Part shown: positions 10,801 to 22,740 of the stretch, piece by piece
Layout: the number at the start of each line of letters is the position of its first letter
Position numbering within the stretch: position 1 is the stretch's first letter
Source of the DNA: Octopus bimaculoides
Taxonomy: Eukaryota
DNA: 34,334 bases
Reading direction: 5' to 3'
NCBI RefSeq assembly: GCF_001194135.2
Contig: NC_068985.1
Span: 93,331,721 to 93,366,054 of the forward strand
Notes under the pieces: model-generated
Told to the model about the DNA's origin: nothing
What the model saw: the letters and a program-made list of their open reading frames with translations, nothing else
The model's database searches: none
Program-made: the position numbers and the translations under genes

Positions 10801-11201
10801 TCTTTTATTCGTTTATTTATTTCAGTCATTTGACTGCAGCTATACTGGAGCACCGCTTTTAGTCGAACTAATCGACCCCGAGGACTTATCCTTTGTAAGC
10901 CTAGTACTTATTCTATCAGTCTCTTTTGTCGAGCCGCTAAGTTACGAGGATGTAAAAACACCAGCATCGGTTGCCAAGTGATGGAGGGGGGGGGGGCAAA
11001 CACAGACACAGACACACACACACAAACACACGCGACGGGCTTCTTTCAGTTTCCGTCTACAGCACCCAACCCACTCACAAGTCTTTGGTTGTCCCGAGGT
11101 TATAGTAAAAGTCACTTGCCTAAGGTACCATGTAGTGGGACTGAACCCGGAACCATGTGGTTGGGAAGCAATCTTCTAACCACGCAGCCACGCACGCGCC
11201 T
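10801..11201 (-). mobile_element. Composite tRNA-headed SINE with internal (TG)n and conserved 3' tail
   Basis: The head on minus reads ggcgcgtgcgtggctgcgtggttagaag...cccaaccacatggttccgggttcagtccc. The tail is the reverse complement of tttcagtcatttgactgc...ggagcaccgc...tagtcga...gcctagtactta. Confidence 0.9.
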
Positions 11202-11544
11202 ATGACATACTGTTTTAAAAGCGCAATGCATATCGGAGTGAAGCAAACATCTTCGTAGCGGTGACTCTCGAGAAGAACAGTTGCGTTCCGTCCTACTTGG
11301 AGCTTGTCAATACCATGCACCTCTGTGTCATTTCCTTAGAGGAGGATCGGGATTCAGTAGATACGATAGTGAATAATGCATTCACTGATATTGCAGAGAA
11401 CTTTCTGGGTTGTAAAGAAAACCTGTTGTAGAAGCAATTTATATACCACATTTAATTAGACATCTGTGTATCATACTAAATGTGCATGGTCTGTTCAAAT
11501 GCAAGATGCTATGCAAATGTTGCTGTGAAAATTTCTTCGTAGAA

Positions 11545-11753
11545 GCACATGCGTGGTCGTGTAGTAAGAATTTGCTTCCCAACCTCATCTTGAGGCTAAG
11601 TAGATTATCTCTTAATCCACAGCTTTACAACCATGTGCTTTCGGATTCAGTCTGATCTGCGCACCATCTTGGGCAAGTCTTCTTTTATAGCGCCGGGCCG
11701 ATCAATACGCTGTGCCAGAATTTCGTTGATGGAAACTGTGTTGAGCTCCATTG
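11545..11753 (+). mobile_element. diverged 5' half of the same SINE family, with ~40-bp insertion
   Basis: gcgtggtcgtgtagtaagaatttgcttcccaacc...ccatgtgctttcggattcagtc...cttgggcaagtcttc...gatggaaactg. Confidence 0.65.
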
Positions 11754-11810
11754 TATATGTACAGATATATATATATATTCCTGATATGAAACTGTATGTT
11801 GAAACATATA

Positions 11811-12093
11811 TTGTTGTATTTCGGGACGGTCATTAAACACACGCACTATGTATTCGTTATTCACTCATTTATTACAGTTCATATTCTAACTCATCTCCGT
11901 TCTAATGGACTAAACGGAGCAAGAGCGTACACGAGGACGGGATGTGCGCTGAAGTGGCCGCAAATGTGTAACGAAAGATTTCCAGACAATGGACATGAGT
12001 TAGAATAAGAATTGTAATAAACGAGTGAAGGACGAATATACAGTCCGTGTGTTTATTTGACAAAAAAAAAATGACCGTCCCGAAATGCAATAA
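11811..12093. mobile_element. MITE with long (~85-bp) imperfect terminal inverted repeats, TA TSD (Tc1/mariner superfamily-like)
   Basis: ttgttgtatttcgggacggtcat...attctaactcat is inverted to atgagttagaat...atgaccgtcccgaaatgcaataa. TA on both sides. Confidence 0.75.
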
Positions 12094-12097
12094 TACA

Positions 12098-12099
12098 TG

Positions 12100-12185
<86 letters not shown>

Positions 12186-12262
12186 AACGCACACACACAT
12201 ACATACACACATGCACACACATACGCGCGCATATACATGTATGCGTATATGTATATGTTAAT
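12098..12262. repeat. (CA)n/(TA)n microsatellite
   Basis: Directly visible. Confidence 0.95.
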
Positions 12263-12289
12263 ATGTTTGAGTGTACGTGAGAATCTTTG

Positions 12290-12468
12290 CGTTGTGTTTG
12301 TTTATATACCGTAACCTAACAGTTCGGCGAAAAAGGATCGATATAATAAGTACTAAACACATAAAAAAAAAAAGAAATGTACTTGGGATGTGGATGTGCA
12401 ATTTGTTCGCCCAAACCTCCTTTCAAGATGGCGCTGCAGTCCAATTGACTGATACGAGTAAAAGATAA
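12290..12468 (+). mobile_element. diverged 3' tail of composite SINE family
   Basis: cgtaacctaacagttcggcgaaaa...taagtacta...gcagtccaattgactgatacgagtaaaagat. Confidence 0.55.
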
Positions 12469-12884
12469 AAATTAAAGATTAAAATTCTCCTGATGAAAAA
12501 TTGTTGTCCATTATTTTATGTCCAATAAGTATCTGCTTTCAGTTTGAATAATTCGTTTGCTTACAGAGGAAACAGTTCATTTGCCTGAATAAATAAAGCA
12601 ACAATACCACTCAGGAAGTGGCTTTATAAGGTGTTAATAACTTCTTTCAATAGATGAACTGTTAGATTCTTACAACACATCTCTCAACAACTTTTCCATT
12701 TAAACTATGTCGATGGCAAGTGTAAGCCACTTGTAAGATAGAACGTGATTCTTTAGTTGTTGATGTTGTTGATGTTACGGTTTATCTCCGGTTCGGCCTT
12801 ATTGAATAGAGCAATGGTCAAAGGTGACCAAGACATCGTATTCAAAATACTATTAGGAACCAAAGTAGCTTTGCGTTGGCCTAA

Positions 12885-13709
12885 CTTTGTGGCACGAAAT
12901 TTGCTCCTCAAACATATAGTTCCGGGATCAGTTCTGATATATGGTACACTGGGAAAGTGTCTTCAAGCCTGCTGAAATCTTGTGTGTAGATTTGATTGAC
13001 GGAAACTGAAACACGCCTGCTATGCATGTGTGTGTATATATATATGCGTGCCTGTGTGTATGTATACATATTAGTACTTATTTTATTGGTCTCCTTTGCC
13101 TAAACGCTAAACTATGTGGACGTAAACAAACCCGGACAGGTCTTGGTTTGTTTACGTCTCCGTAATTTAGAGTTGAGGCAAAGGAGACCAGGAGCATAAT
13201 TGCCGACCTTAGTCGATTCGTTCGACTAAACCCTCTAAGGCGGNNNNNNNNNNNNNNNNNNNNNNNNNNNNNNNNNNNNNNNNNNNNNNNNNNNNNNNNN
13301 NNNNNNNNNNNNNNNNNNNNNNNNNNNNNNNNNNNNNNNNNNNNNNNNNNNNNNNNNNNNNNNNNNNNNNNNNNNNNNNNNNNNNNNNNNNNNNNNNNNN
13401 NNNNNNNNNNNNNNNNNNNNNNNNNATATATATATATATAGATATACATGTATATATATATGCGTGCCTGTGTGTATGTATACATATTAGTACTTATTTT
13501 ATTGGTCTCCTTTGCCTAAACGCTAAACTATGTGGACGTAAACAAACCCGGACAGGTCTTGGTTTGTTTACGTCTCCGTAATTTAGAGTTGAGGCAAAGG
13601 AGACCAGGAGCATAATTGCCGACCTTAGTCGATTCGTTCGACTAAACCCTCTAAGGCGGTGCCCCAGCATGGCTGCAGTTTAATGACTGAAACAAGTAAA
13701 CAATAAAAG
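12885..13709 (+). mobile_element. diverged composite SINE with foldback segment, partly duplicated across N gap 13244-13425
   Basis: Head-like 12885-13020 (gacggaaactgaaac). The tail ends ggtgccccagcatggctgcagtttaatgactgaaacaagtaaa. About 13035-13243 is repeated essentially identically at about 13452-13659. Confidence 0.7.
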
Positions 13710-14044
13710 ATCTCATGATTCTTGTGAATGTGTCCTCTTGGCTTAGAAATCCTTGTTGTTCTAATTGATTACATCCTTCTTAGAAAGGTTACCCTCTCCT
13801 CACTTGATGGAACACTGTCTGCATTATATGCAACTAGTAAGAATCCCTGTGACGTGGTAGGATCACTTGAATCATGTGACGTAATAAATACGTCACAGAA
13901 TTCATTACGAATCTTGATTTGAGTTGCGACTTAAGTGTTCGTATTCTCTTTTCCTTTTATATAACAAGTCATTTTTATATAACATGTCTAGTGACTTAAA
14001 CTTTGGAGAAGGGGCCAGTCGAGTAGCTTGAGCTTGCAGTGAAG

Positions 14045-14128
14045 ACATTTGCCCAAGGTGTCATGCAGTAAGATTGAACCCGGAACCATTGTGCTGGAAA
14101 GCAAGCTTCTTACCACACAGTCTCACCC
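14045..14128 (-). mobile_element. SINE head fragment (composite family)
   Basis: tttgcccaaggtgtcatgcagt...tgaacccggaaccat...aagcttcttaccacacag. Confidence 0.7.
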
Positions 14129-14349
14129 GTGTCTTTGTATGGGTTTTTCATAGTTTAATGAAGAGAGCCTTACAGGGCCTCAGAAACCTACAGGGAGAAA
14201 ATATCCTCAAACCGGAGACCAGGTCCGAATGCTTGCAACTGCGTAGACTCCGCCAAAGGGTCTTAAGATGCCAGGAGATGGTATTAAACTGGGGGACGGT
14301 TTAAGTCTACAAGCAAGACGGAGTTTAAGCATAAGTGAATCATAGTCAT

Positions 14350-14640
14350 GAATATCTACAGATTTATTTTTCAAATTTTAAATACTTACTTCAACAGTGA
14401 CGATGTGTGGTACATACCTCGGAGACAATCTTCATACGGCATCTTTCTTTGCTCACAAGTGTCGTGGGAGATTAAACTTCGGATCAGCTATTATGGAAGA
14501 TATCTCAGTAAAAAGGTAAAAATTGTTTTATTACGACCACAAACTAATAAAATCTTGCTAAATCCAACATCAGCTATAACAGTTAATGATCTGGAAAAAA
14601 GGAGAGATTTTCCAAAGTTCTATTTGCTCATAATAACTTT
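14350..14640 (+). mobile_element. possible decayed LINE endonuclease C-terminal fragment
   Basis: ILNTYF...WYIPRR followed by tcg-gat-cag (SDH-like) in another frame. Weak. Confidence 0.25.
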
Positions 14641-15449
14641 TATTTTGCTACGAAGCCATTTAAGAGAAAATTGAGTTAATCGAACAGCTTGTATTACTGG
14701 TAGCTCTGTTAGCAATCCCTTGAGATGTAAAGAAATTTTTATCACGGTGGAAGTTGAACTAAGAATGTAAGAAGATTGAAATTAAATTGTATTAATATCA
14801 TCTTTGAGACATCAAAGTTGACACGTCAAAACTTGCTCTCGGTGTTAAGGTATCAATCAATCAATCGATGAACAATCAATCAATTAATTAGATCTATTAG
14901 GAGTTGCCATCGAGAGAGTATCAAAACTCTATAACTAATTTTACGACATCGTCCTTCTGTATAATCCTCACCCACGCAACACTTTTAAAAACACGCACAG
15001 AAACATTTCCTGACACGCACATCTCTTACCGTACACATGCATCTCTTTCCGTACACACGCACAGGAAAAACTTTCCTTTACACACGATCACACATCTCTT
15101 TCTATATACACGCAAACATGCACACATGATTTTAGATCAGGAAACAGTGATTTACAGATATCACCAGAAAAGGGAAATAACAGTATGAAATTATTCTGCC
15201 AATAGCAAAGTGAATAATGTTATTTTAGCTAGCTGGAGGTGGAAGACGGTAACAATAACTTTTGCAACCTCTTCTAGTCTGAGGGTAAAGATGGGGATGG
15301 AGATAACAGGTTAAGTTAAGATGTTAGCGTGAGTGTGTTACATTGATTTACGGAGAAAACTAGGCCCGATGGGAGATCCAGAGTTATGGTTCTTGGGAGG
15401 AAGAGAAGTTGTAGGGAGATATTTATCTGTTTAATGTAAATCAGTAGAA

Positions 15450-15830
15450 TTTTTATGCGTGATGCATTCTAAATCAAAGAGGGGCTACTGAGACAACAAA
15501 AGAACATACTGCTCAAACGGTTTTGATAAAATTTCAGTGACAGATTAGATAAATGTTTGATATCTTGGTCTAAAATTCTTGGAACATTTCCATTTTAACT
15601 TGCCAGTATTTTGTTTCAATGTTTAAGTGTTTTGTAAAACATGAAAACATCATTACACTGCAAACCATCTTAGTTTTTGAAGAAGAACATCAGAGAATAA
15701 ATGGTAAATTCCTGGCAACTAAGATTGTTTAGATTTCCAAGTGAAGCCATGTCACATCACGTAGATTTCTAGTTTCTTCTGGCAAGCCATGAACATTACA
15801 ACATCCTAGTTACTGTTCCTTTAAATATAG
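15450..15830 (-). mobile_element. decayed hAT (Buster/Charlie-like) transposase fragment
   Basis: Broken minus-strand translation gives SWLARRN, WQVKMEMF and IKHLSNLSLKFY, in the order expected for RWLSRG...W....MFP...HL..L...F. Confidence 0.35.
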
Positions 15831-16160
15831 AGACTTCGGCAGCATAAAAACGAACACTATTTTTCTTCTTAATATTAACCATAATTGTCGTTGTCGTCCT
15901 TGTCGTGGTCATCATCGTCATAATCGTTTTGACGTCTACTTTTCTATACCTGTATGGGTCAGACGATATTATTTCTTTTTTAAAGAAATAAATTTACTTG
16001 CTTGTTCATGCTTTGTTATACTAAACCATAGCCTTATTTTCCGTGCGCTTAGTTTATGATTTTCATAGCCAGCACAGTGCAGTTGTTATAGAAGTTATAC
16101 AAGATGTTTCGAAAGCCATATTTACAGAAGAGTACAGATCAATGACGGAAATCTACCTTA

Positions 16161-16484
16161 TCTTTATTTTTGTTTCTGTTACTTGTTTCATTCATTACAC
16201 TGCGGCTATGCTAGGGCACTGCCTTGAAGAGTTTTCTCTTTTACCGACCTGCTAAGTTTCGGGGATGTAAACAAACCAGCATCGGTTGTCAAGTGGTGAG
16301 GAGAGAAAACACACACACATACAGGACGTGTTTCTTTCAGTTTCCGTCTACTAAATCCATTCACAAAGCAATTTGGTCGGCCCGAACGAAGCTATAGTAG
16401 GAGACACTGGCCCAAAGTGACATGCAGAGGGACTGAACCCAGAACCATGTGGTTGGGAAACAAGCTTCTTACCACACAGCCACA
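16161..16484 (-). mobile_element. Composite tRNA-headed SINE (family of 10801-11201), internally deleted
   Basis: acttgtttcattcattacactgcggctatgctagggcactgcc...accagcatcggttgtcaagt...tttcagtttccgtctac...gggactgaacccagaaccatgtggttggg. Confidence 0.85.
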
Positions 16485-17305
16485 CCCTCGCCAAACTCCA
16501 CTTATTTTCTTATACCTTTTCTCTAACACCTCTTCTTCACCCGAATTAGGGAGCTAGGAATCAACTGACTCTCCCACCACTCATCTAATCATAGAATCAT
16601 GCATCTTTTCAATGAATCTACCCTTAATAGTTCGTTGAACCCTTTATTCCTGTAGCTCAGTAGCGTAGATAAAACGTGTGTTTCCTGGAGAAAACCTTAA
16701 AATCAAGCACTTCTTCACCCTTTGAATGATCGCGAGGAGAGAACCACTTCCACCCCCGCCATCCCAGCTACGCTACAAGCAGAACTATAACACTTCGGAA
16801 CTCTCTCTTTCACATTGTTGTTGTTGTTGCTACTGTTGTTGTTTGGGGCCAAGTCAGCGATCAGCATTTAGAGTAAACACATGTGTGCCGAGTGTGCTCC
16901 TGGACTTCATCTCTGAACGCAGGCGTCAATGTCACATCAGGCGGATGACGTAGCTCTTGTAGGTGTTTTGGCCCATTCCACCGCGACACCAGAGCTGCTT
17001 TGGGGCCCACCCGCCGATGTAAGCGACAAAACTCCTCACCAATCAGTTTGTTGAAATGCATTCATTCCAGTTGTAACGATCAAATTTTCTTCGAATTCTC
17101 TCGGAAATTGATTTGAGGAAGATTTGGCAACTACCTTTAGCAGGTCAAATAAACACATCATCGCTTTCTTTGATGGTTCTTTTGACATTTCTTTTACATT
17201 GGCGTTAACCAGTAGAAGTTCAGGATGAACATCAACTGCGACCGTCTCTCATGTGGGATATCTCGGTAAAAGTTATAACCACTGTCCTTACGATAAATAA
17301 AGACA

Positions 17306-17408
17306 CACTCACGCACACACACACACACACACACATACACACACACACACACATTCACACACACACACACACACACACATTCACACACGTACACTCATAC
17401 ACACACAT
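17306..17408. repeat. (CA)n microsatellite
   Basis: Directly visible. Confidence 0.95.
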
Positions 17409-17769
17409 GCAACTGATACAGCCACGAAAATGTCTTCTTTGTGTTGATTGTACATTTTATAGGTAAGTCTACCTTTGATTATGTGCTAGTGTTTGCTGTT
17501 CCATTTATTTTCCATCACTTATTCTGGTTGTAACATACATTTCTTGAACCCTGGTAACACGGAACCCAGGTAACACGGAGCAAACAAAGAACCCTTGATC
17601 AAAGTTTCGCAATGTCAGTCAAACTTTGAAAGGGATTTCTTTTCTTCTTTTCTCAGCCTTCAAATAGGAAAACTGGACTATTTTCAGTGATATCAGACTT
17701 GATAAATTTATGACATGTCAAATTGTCAAAGAATATATCTTTATGTTGTTTCGTCAAGACGAATAAGTC

Positions 17770-18050
17770 AGGGACTAATGAATATAAGAAAATAAAAACG
17801 AAAAAGTAAGAAAAAATATGGGGATGAAAAAGAGATATTTTGTTGTCGTTTAGTGGAACTGCTGGTTACGAAGGTGTAGTATAAATAGAATAAATCTGAC
17901 AAAGCTTTTGTGGGGCGAAGAAAAATATTAAAACGAAAATCGGAAAAAAAAGTCATTGAAAGGTTATCTTTGAAGTGGCACCAAACAAGAGAAATGTAAA
18001 TAATGGTTTTGTTGGTAAAAGATAAATATCAAAAGACAAATAGAGTTTAG
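17770..18050 (-). mobile_element. possible decayed LINE (L2/CR1/Jockey-like) ORF2 C-terminus
   Basis: LRPTKALSDLFYLYY resembles the recalled HRR.VASLSLFYRYY motif. Weak. Confidence 0.25.
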
Positions 18051-18675
18051 AATTATTCCGTTTGTATTAAGCAAGTTTGAATTAAGCAACGCTAATTTCT
18101 GTAGATAGGACAATCTCGCCAAGTTAATAAATTTCACCGCAACACTACGCTGACACGTTCGAACTCATTAGAAGGTCAGCTGAAAGATCAACTAATCACG
18201 CTGTCAAATATGAGAAACTTACAGAGCAAGACGGTTTCTTAAAGAGAAAGAGATATGTAAAATATACAGAGGTAAATACAGAGAGACTGAGAGAAGTAGA
18301 CATACATAGCAATAAATAGAGAGAATGTGAGAGTGTGTGAGAGAATGAATTTCGGGATGAGGAGAAATATAGATGAGTATATATATATAGAGAGAGAGAA
18401 GGAAGGGGATAAAATGAAAACGAGAAAGTTGAAGAGAGGGAGCAGTTGAGTAAAATAGAGAAACTACTAATGTGTTTAATTACTGTTTAATTGATTTAAT
18501 GTTTAATCATTTCAGAGAGATGATGAACTGTATGACTTTACCGTCTGATTAAATATCGAAGACATTTTGAAACGTCTTCAGATTCCCACATACTTGCTTA
18601 TACAAAGACATACACATTCATACTGATATATGCCAGTGTGTCTGTATGTGTGTGTGTGTGTGTGTGTGTGTTTGA

Positions 18676-18976
18676 AGGCGCTTGGCTTACTGGTTAGGGT
18701 ACTGCACTTCCGATCGCTAGATCATCGGTTCGATTCTCGGAGCGGGAGGCGCGTTGTGTTCGTGAGCAAATCACTGCATTTCACGTTGCTCCAGTCCGCT
18801 CAGCCGTAAACAGGTAATACTGCGACGGAATAGCCCCTCACCTCAATCAAGGAGAGGGGATGTAGGCTTACTCACCTAGCCAGAGGGGTGACGTCATTCG
18901 AAAGCTAAAACGATGTGAAGCGCATTGTGACCAATGATGTATAACAACATCCGATAGCCTGGTCGATACCGAGATA
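18676..18976 (+). mobile_element. tRNA-headed SINE (family of 2064-2354)
   Basis: TGGCTTACTGGTTAGG head, GGTTCGATTC B-box, ttgtgttcgtgagcaaatcac, and the shared 3' part. Confidence 0.85.
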
Positions 18977-19097
18977 CACATGGTTCTGGGTTCAGTCCCA
19001 CTGCGTAGCACCTTCGGCAAGTGCCTACTACTATAGCCTCGGGTCGACCAATGCCTTGTGAGAGGATTTAGTGGACGGAAACCGAAAGAAGGCCGTC

Positions 19098-19098
<1 letters not shown>
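18977..19098 (+). mobile_element. 5'-truncated composite-family SINE abutting the previous SINE, followed by (TC)n
   Basis: cacatggttctgggttcagtcccactgcg...gacggaaaccgaaagaaggccgtcg. Confidence 0.85.
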
Positions 19099-19147
<49 letters not shown>

Positions 19148-20204
19148 TTCTCTCTCTCTTNNNNNNNNNNNNNNNNNNNNNNNNNNNNNNNNNNNNNNNN
19201 NNNNNNNNNNNNNNNNNNNNNNNNNNNNNNNNNNNNNNNNNNNNNNNNNNNNNNNNNNNNNNNNNNNNNNNNNNNNNNNNNNNNNNNNNNNNNNNNNNNN
19301 NNNNNNNNNNNNNNNNNNNNNNNNNNNNNNNNNNNNNNNNNNNNNNNNNNNNNNNNNNNNNNNNNNNNNNNNNNNNNNNNNNNNNNNNNNNNNNNNNNNN
19401 NNNNNNNNNNNNNNNNNNNNNNNNNNNNNNNNNNNNNNNNNNNNNNNNNNNNNNNNNNNNNNNNNNNNNNNNNNNNNNNNNNNNNNNNNNNNNNNNNNNN
19501 NNNNNNNNNNNNNNNNNNNNNNNNNNNNNNNNNNNNNNNNNNNNNNNNNNNNNNNNNNNNNNNNNNNNNNNNNNNNNNNNNNNNNNNNNNNNNNNNNNNN
19601 NNNNNNNNNNNNNNNNNNNNNNNNNNNNNNNNNNNNNNNNNNNNNNNNNNNNNNNNNNNNNNNNNNNNNNNNNNNNNNNNNNNNNNNNNNNNNNNNNNNN
19701 NNNNNNNNNNNNNNNNNNNNNNNNNNNNNNNNNNNNNNNNNNNNNNNNNNNNNNNNNNNNNNNNNNNNNNNNNNNNNNNNNNNNNNNNNNNNNNNNNNNN
19801 NNNNNNNNNNNNNNNNNNNNNNNNNNNNNNNNNNNNNNNNNNNNNNNNNNNNNNNNNNNNNNNNNNNNNNNNNNNNNNNNNNNNNNNNNNNNNNNNNNNN
19901 NNNNNNNNNNNNNNNNNNNNNNNNNNNNNNNNNNNNNNNNNNNNNNNNNNNNNNNNNNNNNNNNNNNNNNNNNNNNNNNNNNNNNNNNNNNNNNNNNNNN
20001 NNNNNNNNNNNNNNNNNNNNNNNNNNNNNNNNNNNNNNNNNNNNNNNNNNNNNNNNNNNNNNNNNNNNNNNNNNNNNNNNNNNNNNNNNNNNNNNNNNNN
20101 NNNNNNNNNNNNNNNNNNNNNNNNNNNNNNNNNNNNNNNTATATATATATATATATATATACACATATATTTACCTGTATTTTACCTTTCGTTCTCTTTC
20201 TGCT

Positions 20205-20208
20205 AATC

Positions 20209-20246
<38 letters not shown>

Positions 20247-20247
20247 A

Positions 20248-20288
<41 letters not shown>

Positions 20289-20330
20289 ACTAACTATCAT
20301 TCTATCTATCTATCTACCTATCTAGTAAGC
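20205..20330. repeat. (ATCT)n tetranucleotide microsatellite
   Basis: Directly visible. Confidence 0.95.
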
Positions 20331-21078
20331 TAGCTTGCTGCCTATCACTATCTCTCTCCTCTCTATCGATCTATCTGCCTCCAATATTGTAATTAGACTA
20401 TTAGAAAGAATTTGTGATGTTAAATTAATGTTATTTATGGAAGCAAGAATTCTAGAAAATAAAGAATTCAATTGAAATGAGGCAAAGTTTTGTGGAGTAT
20501 TGAAAGCAGTAGCCATTAAGTACGAACATGGTCTCATTTCATGCGCTGCTGGACAAGTGCTTTCTGAAGATTGATCAACACACTATATTCTAAAATTGTT
20601 GGCTTGTCAAATACGACCGAAAACCAGCAAAACCAAGATTGGTGGACTGTAATATGATTGAGCTTCTTTTGTTGTATATTATGAGTGAAGTCGACCAATT
20701 TAAGTTAATCAATTGACCGCTTGTAGAAGATGCATTAGGTCCTTTCTGACAATACATTTGCATTTTAAATTTGAAGAAGGCATTTTAATGTAAAGATAGC
20801 AATAAAACCACTTTTCATATAAACTTTCTACGTGTTTGAGATATGGCAAGGCAGATCGCTTTCTTCCACTGAATGGCAACAAATTACAATATTGCTCGTA
20901 TCCACACTAAATAATGAGTTTTCTCGTCAAAAGATCTTCCTTCGGTAAATTCATGTATTTAAATTTATGTCTTACCTGTTCTGCATTTTTCCTAAATGTA
21001 CATGGTGCAGGTCGTATAAATTATCTCTCCAGTGTATGTATTTATTTATGGTTGTATGAGTGGATATAGGATGGCCGA

Positions 21079-21192
21079 ATATTTTAGACATTCGTTTACT
21101 AAACACGAGGAATTGGGTTCGATCCCTCTGTATTACTATACAGAGGGATCGAACCCAATTCATCGTGTTTAGTAAACGAATGTCTAAAATAT
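21079..21192. repeat. 114-bp near-perfect palindrome
   Basis: 55-bp arms, 1 mismatch, 4-nt spacer TACT. Confidence 0.97.
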
Positions 21193-21229
21193 GGAGTAAG
21201 TGTTATTCATATACTTGGGTCGTTCCAAG

Positions 21230-21450
21230 CCATGTGAGTAAGATAAGGTGAACAGATATCATTTGGAAGCCCGTGGGAATGGACTGTGTTTGTAATTCGA
21301 AAATCCAATTTCGCCACCCACTGTGTCGTACTAGTTCTGTTAAAGGTACGCGAATCCTTTGAATACACAGACTCAATGATCGGCTCGTACAGTAGATCGA
21401 AAAGCTGAATAACCATCGATACCAATGGAAATCCAGCTGCTTCTTTTTCT
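21230..21450 (-). mobile_element. possible decayed LINE APE endonuclease fragment
   Basis: SSWISIGIDGYSAFRS...VCVF resembles I.IDGY..FR.DR...GGV. Confidence 0.3.
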
Positions 21451-21505
21451 CACTATGTATCAAAATACATATATATTCCACATATAAGCACACGCATAAA
21501 GACAT

Positions 21506-21563
<58 letters not shown>

Positions 21564-21647
21564 NNNNNNNNNNNNNNNNNNNNNNNTACACAATGTTAAT
21601 AATAATCAGAAGAACGGAGATTTTCCACATCAATAATTTTATTAAGT

Positions 21648-21893
21648 GGAGGCGCAATGGACTCACGGTCATAGGATCGCAGTTTCGATTCCCAGACCGG
21701 GTGTTGTGAGTATTCATTGAGCGAAAACACCTAAAGCTCCACGTGGCACCGGCAGGGTATGGTGACGAACCCTGCTGTACTCTTTCACCACAACTTTCTC
21801 TCACCCTTTCTTCCTGTTTCTGTTGTACCTGTATTTCAAGGGGCCAGCCTTGTCACACTATGTCACGCTGAATATCCACGTGTCTGTGGAGTG

Positions 21894-21895
<2 letters not shown>
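21648..21895 (+). mobile_element. tRNA-headed SINE (family of 28021-28377), 3'-truncated
   Basis: ggaggcgcaatgg...tttcgattcccagaccggg...gagcgaaaacacctaaagctccacg...aaggggccagccttgtcacac. Confidence 0.85.
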
Positions 21896-21943
<48 letters not shown>

Positions 21944-22399
21944 TGTATGTATCCATGTTAGTAGCTTTGTTCTCAGGCTAAAAAACCCTTTTTCTGTGTA
22001 TCTAGTTGAAGAGGAAAGAGGTTGGTGAACTCCTGAATTAGCAAAGCGCTAGTCTCAACGTATTGTAAATTTTCTTATGTTCCTTTACTTCCGGTATTCA
22101 AATCAGACTGCGGTAAAGATATTTCACAGAGATATTTGAAATATGTTCCAATCGAACATCGAGATCGATTAAACGACTATACATCCCAACTGAAATGTGC
22201 TAATGTTAAAATCTCGTTGGGATCGGAAAGCATCTACTATCGTCTCTGCAGATAATTTCAGATGATATGTGTGGGTATAAAATGGTTTCATGTGGAATAT
22301 AGCTGGGCAGGTAACCCATTAAGAAATGAGCAGAGAAGAAGGACATCTCAGAAGTGCTTAAATGAAGGTGAAACATGATTGATCAGTCAAAACATTTAA

Positions 22400-22740
22400 A
22401 ATTTCATTGAGTGTAGGAATTGGAGCACCCAGGCCCCCTATTTTGGGTATTAGGGTTAGAAGGAGAAAGCAAGGGTTAGTGTTTCTCAGGGTTTTCCTCA
22501 TGGGATCTGGTTTTAATACTTGCAATAGACAAGACATGGCTAACATTATGCTAAAGCAGGTGATGAATATAGTCTATCACACAAGAAAAAGAATAAGGCT
22601 CCTCCGACGAGCCTCCATAGAGATTCTGTCGAGCAATTCTCATTTAATAAGGTATTGACCAACTTGAGGCTGTTATTTGTCCTGGGTGCGGTGAATAGGA
22701 TCGATCCTAGAACCACGTAGTTATGATGGCAACTTCTCAA
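22400..22740 (-). mobile_element. possible decayed LINE APE endonuclease fragment
   Basis: STESLWRLV...FLCDRLYSSPA resembles E.LW.....FIC..YRSP. Confidence 0.3.

Noticed and set aside
17060-17290. Minus frame resembling an APE C-terminus (GISDH-like after frameshift)
   Set aside because: Requires an assumed frameshift and substitutions; not supportable.
20972-21060. CAG|GTAAGA donor on minus with DNLYDLHHVHLGKMQN frame
   Set aside because: No polypyrimidine acceptor upstream and no recognisable protein.
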